Position numbers and translations under genes: made by a program. The notes under the pieces are model-generated. The model saw nothing but the letters and a program-made list of their open reading frames with translations. It did not search any database and had not been told where the DNA came from. A stretch of DNA of 64,000 nucleotides from an uncultured virus (IMG/VR IMGVR_UViG_3300042559_001930) (Duplodnaviria; Heunggongvirae; Uroviricota; Caudoviricetes). This document shows, piece by piece, positions 8,249 to 17,061 of the stretch; position 1 is the stretch's first letter; each line of letters opens with the position of its first letter. Where the stretch lies: the IMG/VR virus record IMGVR_UViG_3300042559_001930. One strand, 5' to 3'.

Positions 8249-9103
8249 ATGGTTGCTAAACTGGAATCAAGCGACCCATGGTCGCTGAAATATCAAGAGC
8301 AACCAGAGTTGATGCGGGAGCTGAACAGCCGCCCCGCCCGTATTACAATCAACGGAAAGCGACACTACCATACCCCGTTTGTAACAGGGCCGGCGCCCAG
8401 TGTAACTACAATTATTTCAGAGACAGCATCCGAAGCAAACAAACGGAAGCTGGAGATGTGGAGTAAGAACAATCCAGGCGTAAAGGAAGCTGCTGCCGAA
8501 CGTGGAACTGCTATCCACTATGGCATGGAGTGCTACCTAAAAGGGGACAAGAACCCTGACATTGCTGAGGAGTACCAAGAATTTTGGGCTGGGATGCCAG
8601 GTATCCTCGATCAGTTTGACGAGGTGCTATGGGCAGAGACTCCTCTGCTGGACAAACATCAATTCACATTATCAGAAGATGGTATCGGCAGGGTGTGGGC
8701 CCACGATGATGAGGGCAGGGCTTGGGTTGGTTCGCCTGACATCATTGGTGTCGTAGGAAATAAACTGACGCTTGCCGACTTGAAGACCAGTGTCAAGCCA
8801 TACAGTCGCAAGTGGCCCAAAGACCTGGAGAAAGGGTCGGTTGAATGGCGCGATCTCTTGGGAGGTCACATGAAATTCAAAAAGACCTGTAAGCAACTCG
8901 CTGCTTATGACCTAGGTATTGAGCAGACTCTTGGTATGCGGGTTCAGCAAGCAGCCATCTTGGTGTCGACACCTGTACGTACACAAGTCTTTAAGATCTC
9001 CAGGAAGTTTCTGGATTCCTTGAGGGGAGACTGGTTGAAAGTAGTAGAAGAGTACTACAAACAGATCGAACATTGCAATGTGTACGACCCTGATCTGATC
9101 TGA
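8249..9103 (+). CDS. PD-(D/E)XK exonuclease (Cas4/RecB-like phage exonuclease)
   Basis: PSVTTII, RGTAIH, GSPDII...LADLKTS, QLAAY; ATG at 8249 preferred over 8105. Confidence 0.85.
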   Translation: MVAKLESSDPWSLKYQEQPELMRELNSRPARITINGKRHYHTPFVTGPAPSVTTIISETASEANKRKLEMWSKNNPGVKEAAAERGTAIHYGMECYLKGDKNPDIAEEYQEFWAGMPGILDQFDEVLWAETPLLDKHQFTLSEDGIGRVWAHDDEGRAWVGSPDIIGVVGNKLTLADLKTSVKPYSRKWPKDLEKGSVEWRDLLGGHMKFKKTCKQLAAYDLGIEQTLGMRVQQAAILVSTPVRTQVFKISRKFLDSLRGDWLKVVEEYYKQIEHCNVYDPDLI

Positions 9104-9106
9104 GCC

Positions 9107-9280
9107 ATGCCCTGGAATACTGATAATCCCTTAGAACGACGCAAGCGCATCGCCTGGTCTGTTGCAACCTCGTCTTGTATTGAGACTGGTAGGGATCCAG
9201 TGGATTCCTACAATCAGATCATGAAAGAATGGGATGAAGAAATTAAGAAATCCCAGTCTGGGACTGAAGAGTCCAAGTAA
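9107..9280 (+). CDS. Hypothetical protein (57 aa, not in ORF track)
   Basis: MPWNTDNPLERRKRIAW...; starts 3 nt after the exonuclease stop. Confidence 0.55.
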   Translation: MPWNTDNPLERRKRIAWSVATSSCIETGRDPVDSYNQIMKEWDEEIKKSQSGTEESK

Positions 9281-9349
9281 TCTATAGGATTATTTGAGGG
9301 CAGCGTGGATTGGTGCCCGTAGGATAATAAAAGTCTCATCTCCAACCCA

Positions 9350-9535
9350 ATGGACATTCCCGTGGCCATTGGTGAGTGGATAAATACGCTCCGTAGCCTC
9401 ATGGATAATGCGGCGGACGGGGACTGTTTTTGTCTGCCCACCGTTATGCATCTTCATGCATTTGTTGTGACAAAAGAAACGTACTACCCCACGCGAGACT
9501 TTAAAGTAGAACTCAAGGAACAGAAGCGAGCATGA
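9350..9535 (+). CDS. Hypothetical protein
   Basis: ATGA overlap with the primase start. Confidence 0.6.
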   Translation: MDIPVAIGEWINTLRSLMDNAADGDCFCLPTVMHLHAFVVTKETYYPTRDFKVELKEQKRA

Positions 9536-12180
9536 CCAGCAAGAACCAGCAGGCCCTCAAACCGGGCGAAATCAAGCTCGAATACATTCCTATCGACTGG
9601 CCGCTCACCCCCCTGGGCGCCAACAAAGACCCTTACACGACCGGCTGGCAAAACAAACCATTCAGCGTCCGTGAAATTGAAGAAGAAATCTTAAATGGAA
9701 CTTGCAAAGCGATTGGCCTTCTTGGTGGGCCCGCCTATAACAATCCTTACGGCTTCGTATGGGTTGACGTTGACGGGCCAACTGTTTACGACCTCATCAC
9801 TTCTATCTCCTCTCTGGAGTTCAATGAAGCTTTACCAAAAACGCTGACCATTCAAAGTGGTAAGCCTGGGCGCGAACGCAAACTGTACAAGTTGCCCCGC
9901 GACAAACAGAAGCATTTCATCCGTAACAAATACACTTGGCACGCTGAAGGAAATAAAGAGAAGCTTGAGATCCTTTGGTGTAAGCACCAAGGCGTGTTAA
10001 TGGGTCTGCACCCTGAGACGGATGGGTACTTTACTGCGCCTGATCAAGGGTTTGAGTGGGTGGATAGCCTGCCTGATTTCCCTGACTGGTTACTGACTGA
10101 GATCATTAATAAAAATGTCAAGCAGGGAGTTCCGGCCCAGGAAACTACTAGGGTTGTTGGTCCTGGTTTTGTGGTGCAGTCCAAGGTTGACCTGGAACGC
10201 GACATGCAGCTGGCTGTGGAGGCAACATGGGGGATGCCTCCGGAAGCTGCAGATGATTACGACATCTGGATTACGGTCGGCCAGACGCTCCATTCATTGG
10301 ATGAATCCCTGTTGGATGAATGGGACGAATGGTCTAAGCAATCAGAAAAATACCGTGATGGTGAGTGCCAAAAACGGTGGCGCTCCTTCAGTAAAGGGGG
10401 TGGTCGTGGTCTTGGCTCTCTGATTCATGTGGCTCGTGAGCAGGGTTGGAAGCCTTCTCAGGACTATAAGGCGATGAATGTTGATGATGCGACACTTGAA
10501 CATGTGTCCACTCTGTTGGAATCGATTGAACCGGACTTGGAAGTAATGGCACTACTTGAAGAAACTGCTCCTGCTGTAGGTAAGAAGCCGACTCGGAAAC
10601 CGAGGCAGCAGCGTCAACTGGAGACTGAAAAAACGGAAAAACAAGGCAAAGACCAACAAGTACGGAACGCATCATCTGATGTGATTGCGGATATGCTCTT
10701 GCAAATGTACCAGGGGAACCTGCTGTATAGCTTGGTGCACGGGCAATTTTTCATGTATCAGCACGAAGGGCCTGGTCTTTGGTCACCGTTAAGCAAGATT
10801 GAAATGTATGGCGATATCCGTGCCAAGTTGAAGGCAATGCCTGATCTGGTCAAAACTGGTTTCAACTCTAAAATGATGGGTGACATGTATGAGCACCTAC
10901 AATCCACGCTTTACTTCAAAGATTGGTACGACGGCGGCAGCTACTTGCTGTTCTTAAATGGTGTCCTGGACGTGGACACAAAAGAACTGTTGCCTTTTAC
11001 AAGGGATTTTTATCTGACCCAGCAGATGCCCTATGAGTACAACCCTGCCGCCACATGTGAAGATATTATTAAATGGCTGAAGCATACGCAGCACGATAGC
11101 TGGGAGCGTACGCAAGTCCTGCGGGCATGGCTGCGGGCAACACTTCTGGGACGTTACGAAATTCAAAAGTTTGTTGAGATCGTCGGCCCAGGTAAATCTG
11201 GTAAATCAACTTATGCAAACCTGGCCGTGGCATTAGTTGGACGCAAGAACGTTTATTCAACAGACTTTGAAAATCTGGAGAAAAACCGTTTTGAAGCCGC
11301 AAGCTACATGGGCAAAAAGCTGCTGCTGTTCCAAGATGCAGACCGTTGGGGTGGCTCCGTATCACGGCTAAAGGCAATCACTGGTAATGACTGGATTCGT
11401 TCTGAGCGCAAGTATCAAAATGAGAATCAAGAGCCATTCCAGTTCAAGGGTGTTGTCATCGTTACTGCCAACGAGGCAATTCAAACCACCGACTACACAT
11501 CTGGTTTGTCACGTCGTCGTCTCACCATTCCTTTTGACCGCCCCTTCCAGGGCGGGCCTAATGAACAAAAAGAATTGATTAAGTTCAATTCCAAAGGTGA
11601 TCCGCAGGGTGAGTTTGCTCACTTGCTGCCCGGATTGGTGAACTGGCTGCTGGATATGAATGAAGAAGATATGCGTGACTACTTGATGGATACGTCAAAC
11701 AAGGTGCCGTTCTTCAAAAAGTTCAGCAAGATGCAGACCCTACGGTCTAACCCAATCCTGGACTGGATGGAACATAAAGTTGTGTTTGATGTAAACGTCA
11801 GTACTGCTGTTGGATTTACCAGGAGTGCACCGGCGGGGCTTACTAATTTTTATGCCAACAAAGACAAATGGTTGTATGCCAGCTATGCAGAGTTCTGTCG
11901 TAACTGCAACGTTGGCATCATGTCGCGCTGTCGTTTTGAACCCCTATTTATTGACATCTGCACTCACCAATTGGGAATCAATGTATACTGCAAACGCAAT
12001 ACCAGGGGCATGCGTGTAATCAATGTGGCAGTGCGAGAGTCCAGCTCGAAATACGAAAGCTGGCCTTCCATTGTAGAAGTCGCATCTGATAAAGAAAAGT
12101 ACAAAGAATTCTACGGTGTAGATCTAAAGGCAGATGGTAGTGCGACAATGGAGGATGAGCTTGAATTAGAAGATGTCTAA
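9532..12180 (+). CDS. Primase-polymerase / PriCT-2 / D5-type SF3 helicase (P4-family primase-helicase)
   Basis: N-terminal VDVDG, YDIWITVGQTLH...WDEWSKQSEKY (PriCT-2), FLNGVLD (D5_N), Walker A GPGKSGKST, KAITGND, RRRLTIPF. Confidence 0.9.
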   Translation: MTSKNQQALKPGEIKLEYIPIDWPLTPLGANKDPYTTGWQNKPFSVREIEEEILNGTCKAIGLLGGPAYNNPYGFVWVDVDGPTVYDLITSISSLEFNEALPKTLTIQSGKPGRERKLYKLPRDKQKHFIRNKYTWHAEGNKEKLEILWCKHQGVLMGLHPETDGYFTAPDQGFEWVDSLPDFPDWLLTEIINKNVKQGVPAQETTRVVGPGFVVQSKVDLERDMQLAVEATWGMPPEAADDYDIWITVGQTLHSLDESLLDEWDEWSKQSEKYRDGECQKRWRSFSKGGGRGLGSLIHVAREQGWKPSQDYKAMNVDDATLEHVSTLLESIEPDLEVMALLEETAPAVGKKPTRKPRQQRQLETEKTEKQGKDQQVRNASSDVIADMLLQMYQGNLLYSLVHGQFFMYQHEGPGLWSPLSKIEMYGDIRAKLKAMPDLVKTGFNSKMMGDMYEHLQSTLYFKDWYDGGSYLLFLNGVLDVDTKELLPFTRDFYLTQQMPYEYNPAATCEDIIKWLKHTQHDSWERTQVLRAWLRATLLGRYEIQKFVEIVGPGKSGKSTYANLAVALVGRKNVYSTDFENLEKNRFEAASYMGKKLLLFQDADRWGGSVSRLKAITGNDWIRSERKYQNENQEPFQFKGVVIVTANEAIQTTDYTSGLSRRRLTIPFDRPFQGGPNEQKELIKFNSKGDPQGEFAHLLPGLVNWLLDMNEEDMRDYLMDTSNKVPFFKKFSKMQTLRSNPILDWMEHKVVFDVNVSTAVGFTRSAPAGLTNFYANKDKWLYASYAEFCRNCNVGIMSRCRFEPLFIDICTHQLGINVYCKRNTRGMRVINVAVRESSSKYESWPSIVEVASDKEKYKEFYGVDLKADGSATMEDELELEDV

Positions 12181-12532
12181 TGGCCGCCACTTAATCCTGG
12201 ATCTCTACGACTGTGACGCGGAGATCCTGGATGATTACGCCCAACTACAGGAGTTGTTAGAAACAGCGCTCCGAATGTCTAATGCGACAATTCTTAGGAT
12301 TATTGGCGAACAATTTAAACCACAAGGTGTAACGCTACTAGCATTGCTGGCAGAGTCACATGCATCTATCCATACATGGCCCGAAATTGGATATGCAGCA
12401 ATTGATTTGTATACCTGCGGGGATACAACTAATACGCATAAAGCGGCTGAATTTTTAAAAACAAAACTCAAAGCAAAAACTGCGGAAAAACGTGAGCTTT
12501 GCAGGTCAATAACTCCTTCAACTTCTGTATAG
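12173..12532 (+). CDS. speD: S-adenosylmethionine decarboxylase proenzyme
   Basis: GRHLILDLY, FKPQGVT...LAESHASIHTWPE...DLYTCG. Confidence 0.95.
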   Translation: MSNGRHLILDLYDCDAEILDDYAQLQELLETALRMSNATILRIIGEQFKPQGVTLLALLAESHASIHTWPEIGYAAIDLYTCGDTTNTHKAAEFLKTKLKAKTAEKRELCRSITPSTSV

Positions 12533-12555
12533 TTATTTGAGAGTATCTCAAATTA

Positions 12556-13812
12556 ATGAGTAAAAAACCTAAGCTTCTTTGGTGTGGTGACATTGTTGCT
12601 ATGACGGGATTTGCCCGTGTCACAGAAAATGTCCTTAGTCGACTAAAAGATAAGTACGAAATTGTGGTCTTGGGTCACAACTGGTGGGGTGATCCAACAC
12701 CCCTGCAAGACGACTACAAAATGTATCCGTCTTCTAATCGGTTCCAACAAGCACCGTTTGGAGAAGAGCGCATTTGCGAAGTTGTAGAGCGCGAACGTCC
12801 GGATATTGTTTTCACAATGAATGACATTTGGATTATCAATGAACAATACAAACGTATTGCCGATTTAAAAAAAAATATTGGCTTTAAGTTTGTGGGGTAT
12901 TTCCCCATGGATAGCTACGGCTGGCATGGTGCTCTAGCAGATACTGCTAATGAATGGGATAGTGCAATCTGCTACACGGAATTTGGTGCACTTGAAGCAA
13001 TTAAAGGGGGCGTTGAACGTCCAATCACTGTGATTCCCCACGGTGTCACCACGGGTCAATTCGCACCCAAGTCAAAAGCAGAAGCGCGTAAACGGCTGGG
13101 CCTGCGCGAGGATATCTTTATTGTGTTTAACGGAAATCGAAATCAATTCCGCAAGCGCATTGATATCACGATTGCTGCTTTCGCACGGTTTGCGGTGGGT
13201 CGTCCAGATGTTCAACTGTATCTCCACATGGGATTGAAAGATCAAGGGTGGGATGTAATGCCAGTCTTTGGTCGGGAAATGATGCGTAATGGGTTAGATC
13301 CAAACGGTCGCATTATTATGACCACAAACACGCAATCGCCGCCAAACGTAAACGTTGAGATGCTAAATGACATCTATAACGCAGTTGATGTAGGCGTCAA
13401 CACTTGCAAAGGCGAAGGCTGGGGACTTGTTAACTTTGAACATGCCGCATGCAAAGTGGCTCAAGTAGTGCCAGACCACACGTCTTGTAAAGAAATTTTT
13501 GATGGCTACGGCAAATTGATCCGTTGCGATCACGTAGACGTAGATACAAACTACGGTCGGGAGATGCCATGCCCCTCCGTAGAGCATCTAACTGAAATCC
13601 TGGTGGAGCTGTACGAGAACCGTAACGAGCTGGATGCCGTGGCGCAAGCCTGTTACGAGAGGGCTACTGACGAAGCATTTGACTGGGATACGGTCGCCTC
13701 TCAATTTGATGAGGCGTTCCAAGAGGTGCTGGGAGAAGAAGCCGCAGACAAAGAAAACGTCAAGAAAAAAAACAAAAAGAAAAAAGGGTCCAAAGCGTTT
13801 ACTCCCGTTTGA
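12556..13812 (+). CDS. Glycosyltransferase family 4 (GT-B)
   Basis: TGFARV, NRNQFRKRID, GEGWGLVNFEHAA (EX7E). Confidence 0.85.
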   Translation: MSKKPKLLWCGDIVAMTGFARVTENVLSRLKDKYEIVVLGHNWWGDPTPLQDDYKMYPSSNRFQQAPFGEERICEVVERERPDIVFTMNDIWIINEQYKRIADLKKNIGFKFVGYFPMDSYGWHGALADTANEWDSAICYTEFGALEAIKGGVERPITVIPHGVTTGQFAPKSKAEARKRLGLREDIFIVFNGNRNQFRKRIDITIAAFARFAVGRPDVQLYLHMGLKDQGWDVMPVFGREMMRNGLDPNGRIIMTTNTQSPPNVNVEMLNDIYNAVDVGVNTCKGEGWGLVNFEHAACKVAQVVPDHTSCKEIFDGYGKLIRCDHVDVDTNYGREMPCPSVEHLTEILVELYENRNELDAVAQACYERATDEAFDWDTVASQFDEAFQEVLGEEAADKENVKKKNKKKKGSKAFTPV

Positions 13813-13830
13813 GACTCAAGGTGAGTTAAA

Positions 13831-13859
13831 AGGCCCTGCTTTGGCGGGGCTTTCTTTTT
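13831..13859 (+). terminator. Intrinsic terminator
   Basis: GGCCCTGC-TTTG-GCGGGGCT then TTCTTTTT. Confidence 0.7.
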
Positions 13860-14010
13860 GTGACAACAATCTCAAGATGAGACCAGGGTAAGACGGAGTA
13901 ACTCTGCAGGGTATATTTGTACTACAGCAAATACTGAAGGCTAAAAAGCATTGGTACAACTGGTGTCTCAAGGCGAGACCAAGGTGTCGGTGCAGAGATT
14001 GCGGGAAAAA

Positions 14011-14112
14011 CAGACAATACCCCCCACTTTCAAACCCTTCTAGGACAAATCACAAAACCAGGAATCTTTGTGATTTAACCTATATAAAGATTAAAGTAGG
14101 GGGTATTGTCTG
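14011..14112. repeat. Long nested inverted repeat (candidate origin/cruciform)
   Basis: 20-bp arms 14011-14030 / 14093-14112 (1 mismatch) enclosing 10-bp perfect arms 14047-14056 / 14067-14076. Confidence 0.75.
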
Positions 14113-14133
14113 AAAAAGGCCCAAAGTCTGCAC

Positions 14134-14505
14134 ATGGCACGGAATTACAAGCCCTTTCCCGAGCTTTGGTGGCTCCGCAAACGTCTCAAGCTCTCTTCCA
14201 AGACTCCTTCTGGACTGGAATGGTGCATGGCCCACAGGCATCGGAGGGTTGGAGACCCTGCTGGCACCTATGACCCCATCACAGGCTTCTACAAGGTTTG
14301 CGTTAACGGAGATCGATACCTGGCCCACAGGCTCGTCTGGTACCTCCAGACGGGCAAGGAACCCACTGGTGGGGACGTGATCCATGCGGAGTCAAACCCA
14401 GAGAAAGACAACCGCCTGGAACTGACCTTGTCTACTGCGTATCAAAAGAAACGCACACCAGGACCGACTGTTTACAACTACTGTCCCAAATCTGAACTCT
14501 TCTGA
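14134..14505 (+). CDS. HNH homing-endonuclease-like protein (degenerate)
   Basis: YLAHRLVWYLQTG...VIH...DNRLEL resembles the HNH_3 family. Confidence 0.65.
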   Translation: MARNYKPFPELWWLRKRLKLSSKTPSGLEWCMAHRHRRVGDPAGTYDPITGFYKVCVNGDRYLAHRLVWYLQTGKEPTGGDVIHAESNPEKDNRLELTLSTAYQKKRTPGPTVYNYCPKSELF

Positions 14506-14507
14506 CC

Positions 14508-15182
14508 ATGGCCCGTCTTATTGCAAGCACCACTGAGATTCCTCAGTTTCGTTATTTGGAAAATATTCACAATCTCAGTAATGAGATTCTTGAGTCTCAC
14601 GGTTACTATCGGGGCTACCCCTGTGCTCACGGTCATCTCATCCGAGACTCATCCAAACACTGGTGTTACGAATGTGTTCACAAAATCCTCAGTAATGTTT
14701 GCGGCTTTGACGTGAGCTACCTACATGCGGACTACAAAGCCAAGTACGCAAACCTTTGGAACACAGTCACGGTCAACTCTCCCCAGGAATGCTGGCCGAT
14801 CACTGGCAGCGGCGACAAAACGCCCAAGCGCATTTGCTTGCCCTCCTATCGTTCAGGTTATAGCAAGCAAAAATCTGAAAATCTAAACATGCATAAAGCT
14901 GTATACCAATGTGCATGGGGAGATGTTGGGTCTATGCCCGTTACCAGACTGTGTGGAAACAAAGCTTGTTGTAACCCACTTCACTTGGTTTCCAGCTGGA
15001 ATCGCAACATGCCACCACAAACTATCTCACCGTTTGAAACCAAATTCAACGCAGAGCGTTTGATGCTTTTTAATCGTCGTCTTCTAAACCATAAAACAAT
15101 TGATCCAGTCTTAAAACAAAATTACAAAATGGCCATAACAGACCCTTTGTATGTTAAAGAACCCCCCGAGTACAATGAATAA
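14508..15182 (+). CDS. Zn-binding HNH-like protein
   Basis: CAHGH...CYEC Zn ribbon; ECW; HKAVY...RLCGNKACCNPLHL. Confidence 0.65.
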   Translation: MARLIASTTEIPQFRYLENIHNLSNEILESHGYYRGYPCAHGHLIRDSSKHWCYECVHKILSNVCGFDVSYLHADYKAKYANLWNTVTVNSPQECWPITGSGDKTPKRICLPSYRSGYSKQKSENLNMHKAVYQCAWGDVGSMPVTRLCGNKACCNPLHLVSSWNRNMPPQTISPFETKFNAERLMLFNRRLLNHKTIDPVLKQNYKMAITDPLYVKEPPEYNE

Positions 15183-15202
15183 AACGATAATATTTATATT
15201 GA

Positions 15203-16126
15203 ATGACACGCTCATCTCAGTCTCAACGGCAAAGAACGCGTCAGAATCCATTACTTCTTGGAAGTTTTAACCAAACTTCACTTCGTTATTTGACAGGCTC
15301 ATTAGGGCCTGTCAATAAAGTTGTCGGCCGTGCAGATACAAATCAATATTCAAACGGTGGCTTTGGTGGAGGGACGTACAACCACTGGTTTCAAATAAAC
15401 TTGGAAGTTCCTGCGTGGATTGTTACACGTAAAGGAGATCCTCGTCCTAACTATATCCAAGTTTCTGCGTACGATTTAAATTTAACGCCCATTCAAGGGC
15501 GCATGATTTTCCAAGCGGATAGTGAATTAGCTACCTCATTAGATGGAAATCCATACTATCCCTATCTAGGAAATGTTATGGGTGCAGGTTCTAACCTGTA
15601 CAACGAATTTAACAGATATTCAATCGATAAAGGCAATGATCTTTATTTTGCCTTGCAACCTGGCAGTTATTTAATTTGTGTTTCAAGCACACGCAACGAA
15701 CAACTTGATTACAGTCTTGGAATTGTTGTTGAAATATCAACAACTGAAATGTTTATCCTTTTAGAGGATACTGATGGAGACTTTTTAGTACAAGAAAATC
15801 AAATCAACACAGGAACCACTATTGTTATTGGTCCTCTTTTTGATGTAAACTACACAATACCACCTGGATTCAACGGCTTTACTTTTACAGAAGCTACTAT
15901 TGCTGATGGAGTCACCGTTACAATTTCAGAAAATTCAGTGTGGTTAATTGGCTTCGATACTCCAGAGGCGCCTAAGGATAAATTTATTATTGAACCTTCG
16001 GAGTCTTACGATTATAATTCTGTTCATGAACATTCTCGAATTGAATGGACCGAGGCTTGGCAACGTGAAAGAAGCCCAGGAGATGCTTTGCCCGAAATCT
16101 TTAGTCCTTTAATTACCAGGCCATGA
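15203..16126 (+). CDS. Putative virion structural protein (beta-sandwich plus fibre-type motif)
   Basis: YNHWFQINL, LQPGSYLICVS; TIPPGFNG...TIADGVTVTISENSVWLI resembles phage fibre motifs. Confidence 0.55.
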   Translation: MTRSSQSQRQRTRQNPLLLGSFNQTSLRYLTGSLGPVNKVVGRADTNQYSNGGFGGGTYNHWFQINLEVPAWIVTRKGDPRPNYIQVSAYDLNLTPIQGRMIFQADSELATSLDGNPYYPYLGNVMGAGSNLYNEFNRYSIDKGNDLYFALQPGSYLICVSSTRNEQLDYSLGIVVEISTTEMFILLEDTDGDFLVQENQINTGTTIVIGPLFDVNYTIPPGFNGFTFTEATIADGVTVTISENSVWLIGFDTPEAPKDKFIIEPSESYDYNSVHEHSRIEWTEAWQRERSPGDALPEIFSPLITRP

Positions 16127-16260
16127 TGCGTTTTTATAATTGGCTTATCTGTAAGCTGTTTAAACGTTGTCAAATCAACGTACCTAGCACTCATACAAAT
16201 TTTGAAATATACTGTGAGCAAAATCCCTGGGCTAGGGAATGTCGTATTTACGAGGATTAA
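16123..16260 (+). CDS. cp12: Minimal CP12-like protein (45 aa, not in ORF track)
   Basis: C-terminus FEIYCEQNPWARECRIYED-stop matches the CP12 C-terminal CxxNPxxxECxxYDD motif; start overlaps the upstream stop. Confidence 0.75.
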   Translation: MMRFYNWLICKLFKRCQINVPSTHTNFEIYCEQNPWARECRIYED

Positions 16261-16263
16261 TGA

Positions 16264-16686
16264 ATGATCCCCAAAAGAAAATCAAAGATATTTACGAAAG
16301 CTATAGCAAATGGTTATTGGCTTCAGATGAGACTGACGCCATGGCTAGATATCAACAACGGATACGTGTGGCTTGCAAGCTTAGCAATCAGCAAAAGCCG
16401 CAGGCAACTAAACGACTGGGCCAAGCTTCGCAAAAACAAACGGGTGCGTCAGTTGAATTTATCTATGACAGGTAAAGAAGGACCAAGGACATTAGCTATT
16501 GGCTTACGCAAGGTAAAAGAATGGCTACAAGAAATTGAAATTAACGACGTAATTTGCCTGCGTTGTGCATCAGTCAAACCAGAAAAACAAGCACGTATGT
16601 ATTACGGCTGGTTTTCTAAACACGAAGATTTTGTTTGGAATTACGATCCAAACGAACGTAGCTTTATGCTTATGAGAAAACTATAG
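16264..16686 (+). CDS. Basic hypothetical protein
   Basis: 140-aa ORF; overlapped by an alternative frame at 16260-16475. Confidence 0.6.
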   Translation: MIPKRKSKIFTKAIANGYWLQMRLTPWLDINNGYVWLASLAISKSRRQLNDWAKLRKNKRVRQLNLSMTGKEGPRTLAIGLRKVKEWLQEIEINDVICLRCASVKPEKQARMYYGWFSKHEDFVWNYDPNERSFMLMRKL

Positions 16687-16713
16687 ATAGAATGATAAAA
16701 ATTAGACAGGACC

Positions 16714-16878
16714 ATGGAACACCTTAACAAGTACTTTGAAGTTGCTCTTGCCATCCATGCGGCATGTTCAGCAATTTGCGCTTTAACACCAACTCCTAAA
16801 GATGATCGAGTTGCGCGTAAGTTGTACAAGTTAATTGAAATTGGTGGTTTAGTGATTGGTCGCGCCAAGCAACGCTGA
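16714..16878 (+). CDS. Small holin-like membrane protein (54 aa, not in ORF track)
   Basis: MEHLNKYFEVALAIHAACSAICALTPTPKDD...; hydrophobic helix plus TPTPKDD; convergent with the endolysin. Confidence 0.6.
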   Translation: MEHLNKYFEVALAIHAACSAICALTPTPKDDRVARKLYKLIEIGGLVIGRAKQR

Positions 16879-17061
16879 TCAATTAGGCAACACCTGAGTC
16901 CAGAACACAACACCATTGTTGTCTTCCACCCATTTTTTAGTTGCGTAAGCCTCTTCTTTGCTGAGGGTTACGCATTTTTTTTCGTCGCCAACTTCCCAAC
17001 ACATGTTGACGCGAATTTTTAAATTTTTATTACGTTTCACTTTGATACAATAATTGCCCAA
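16879..17061 (-). CDS. Hypothetical protein
   Basis: Follows the endolysin; start uncertain. Confidence 0.5.
   Translation of the reverse strand: MGNYCIKVKRNKNLKIRVNMCWEVGDEKKCVTLSKEEAYATKKWVEDNNGVVFWTQVLPN

Noticed and set aside
8249..9103. Cas4-like nuclease suggesting CRISPR-Cas
   Set aside because: A stand-alone phage PD-(D/E)XK exonuclease; no other cas genes and no repeat-spacer array seen
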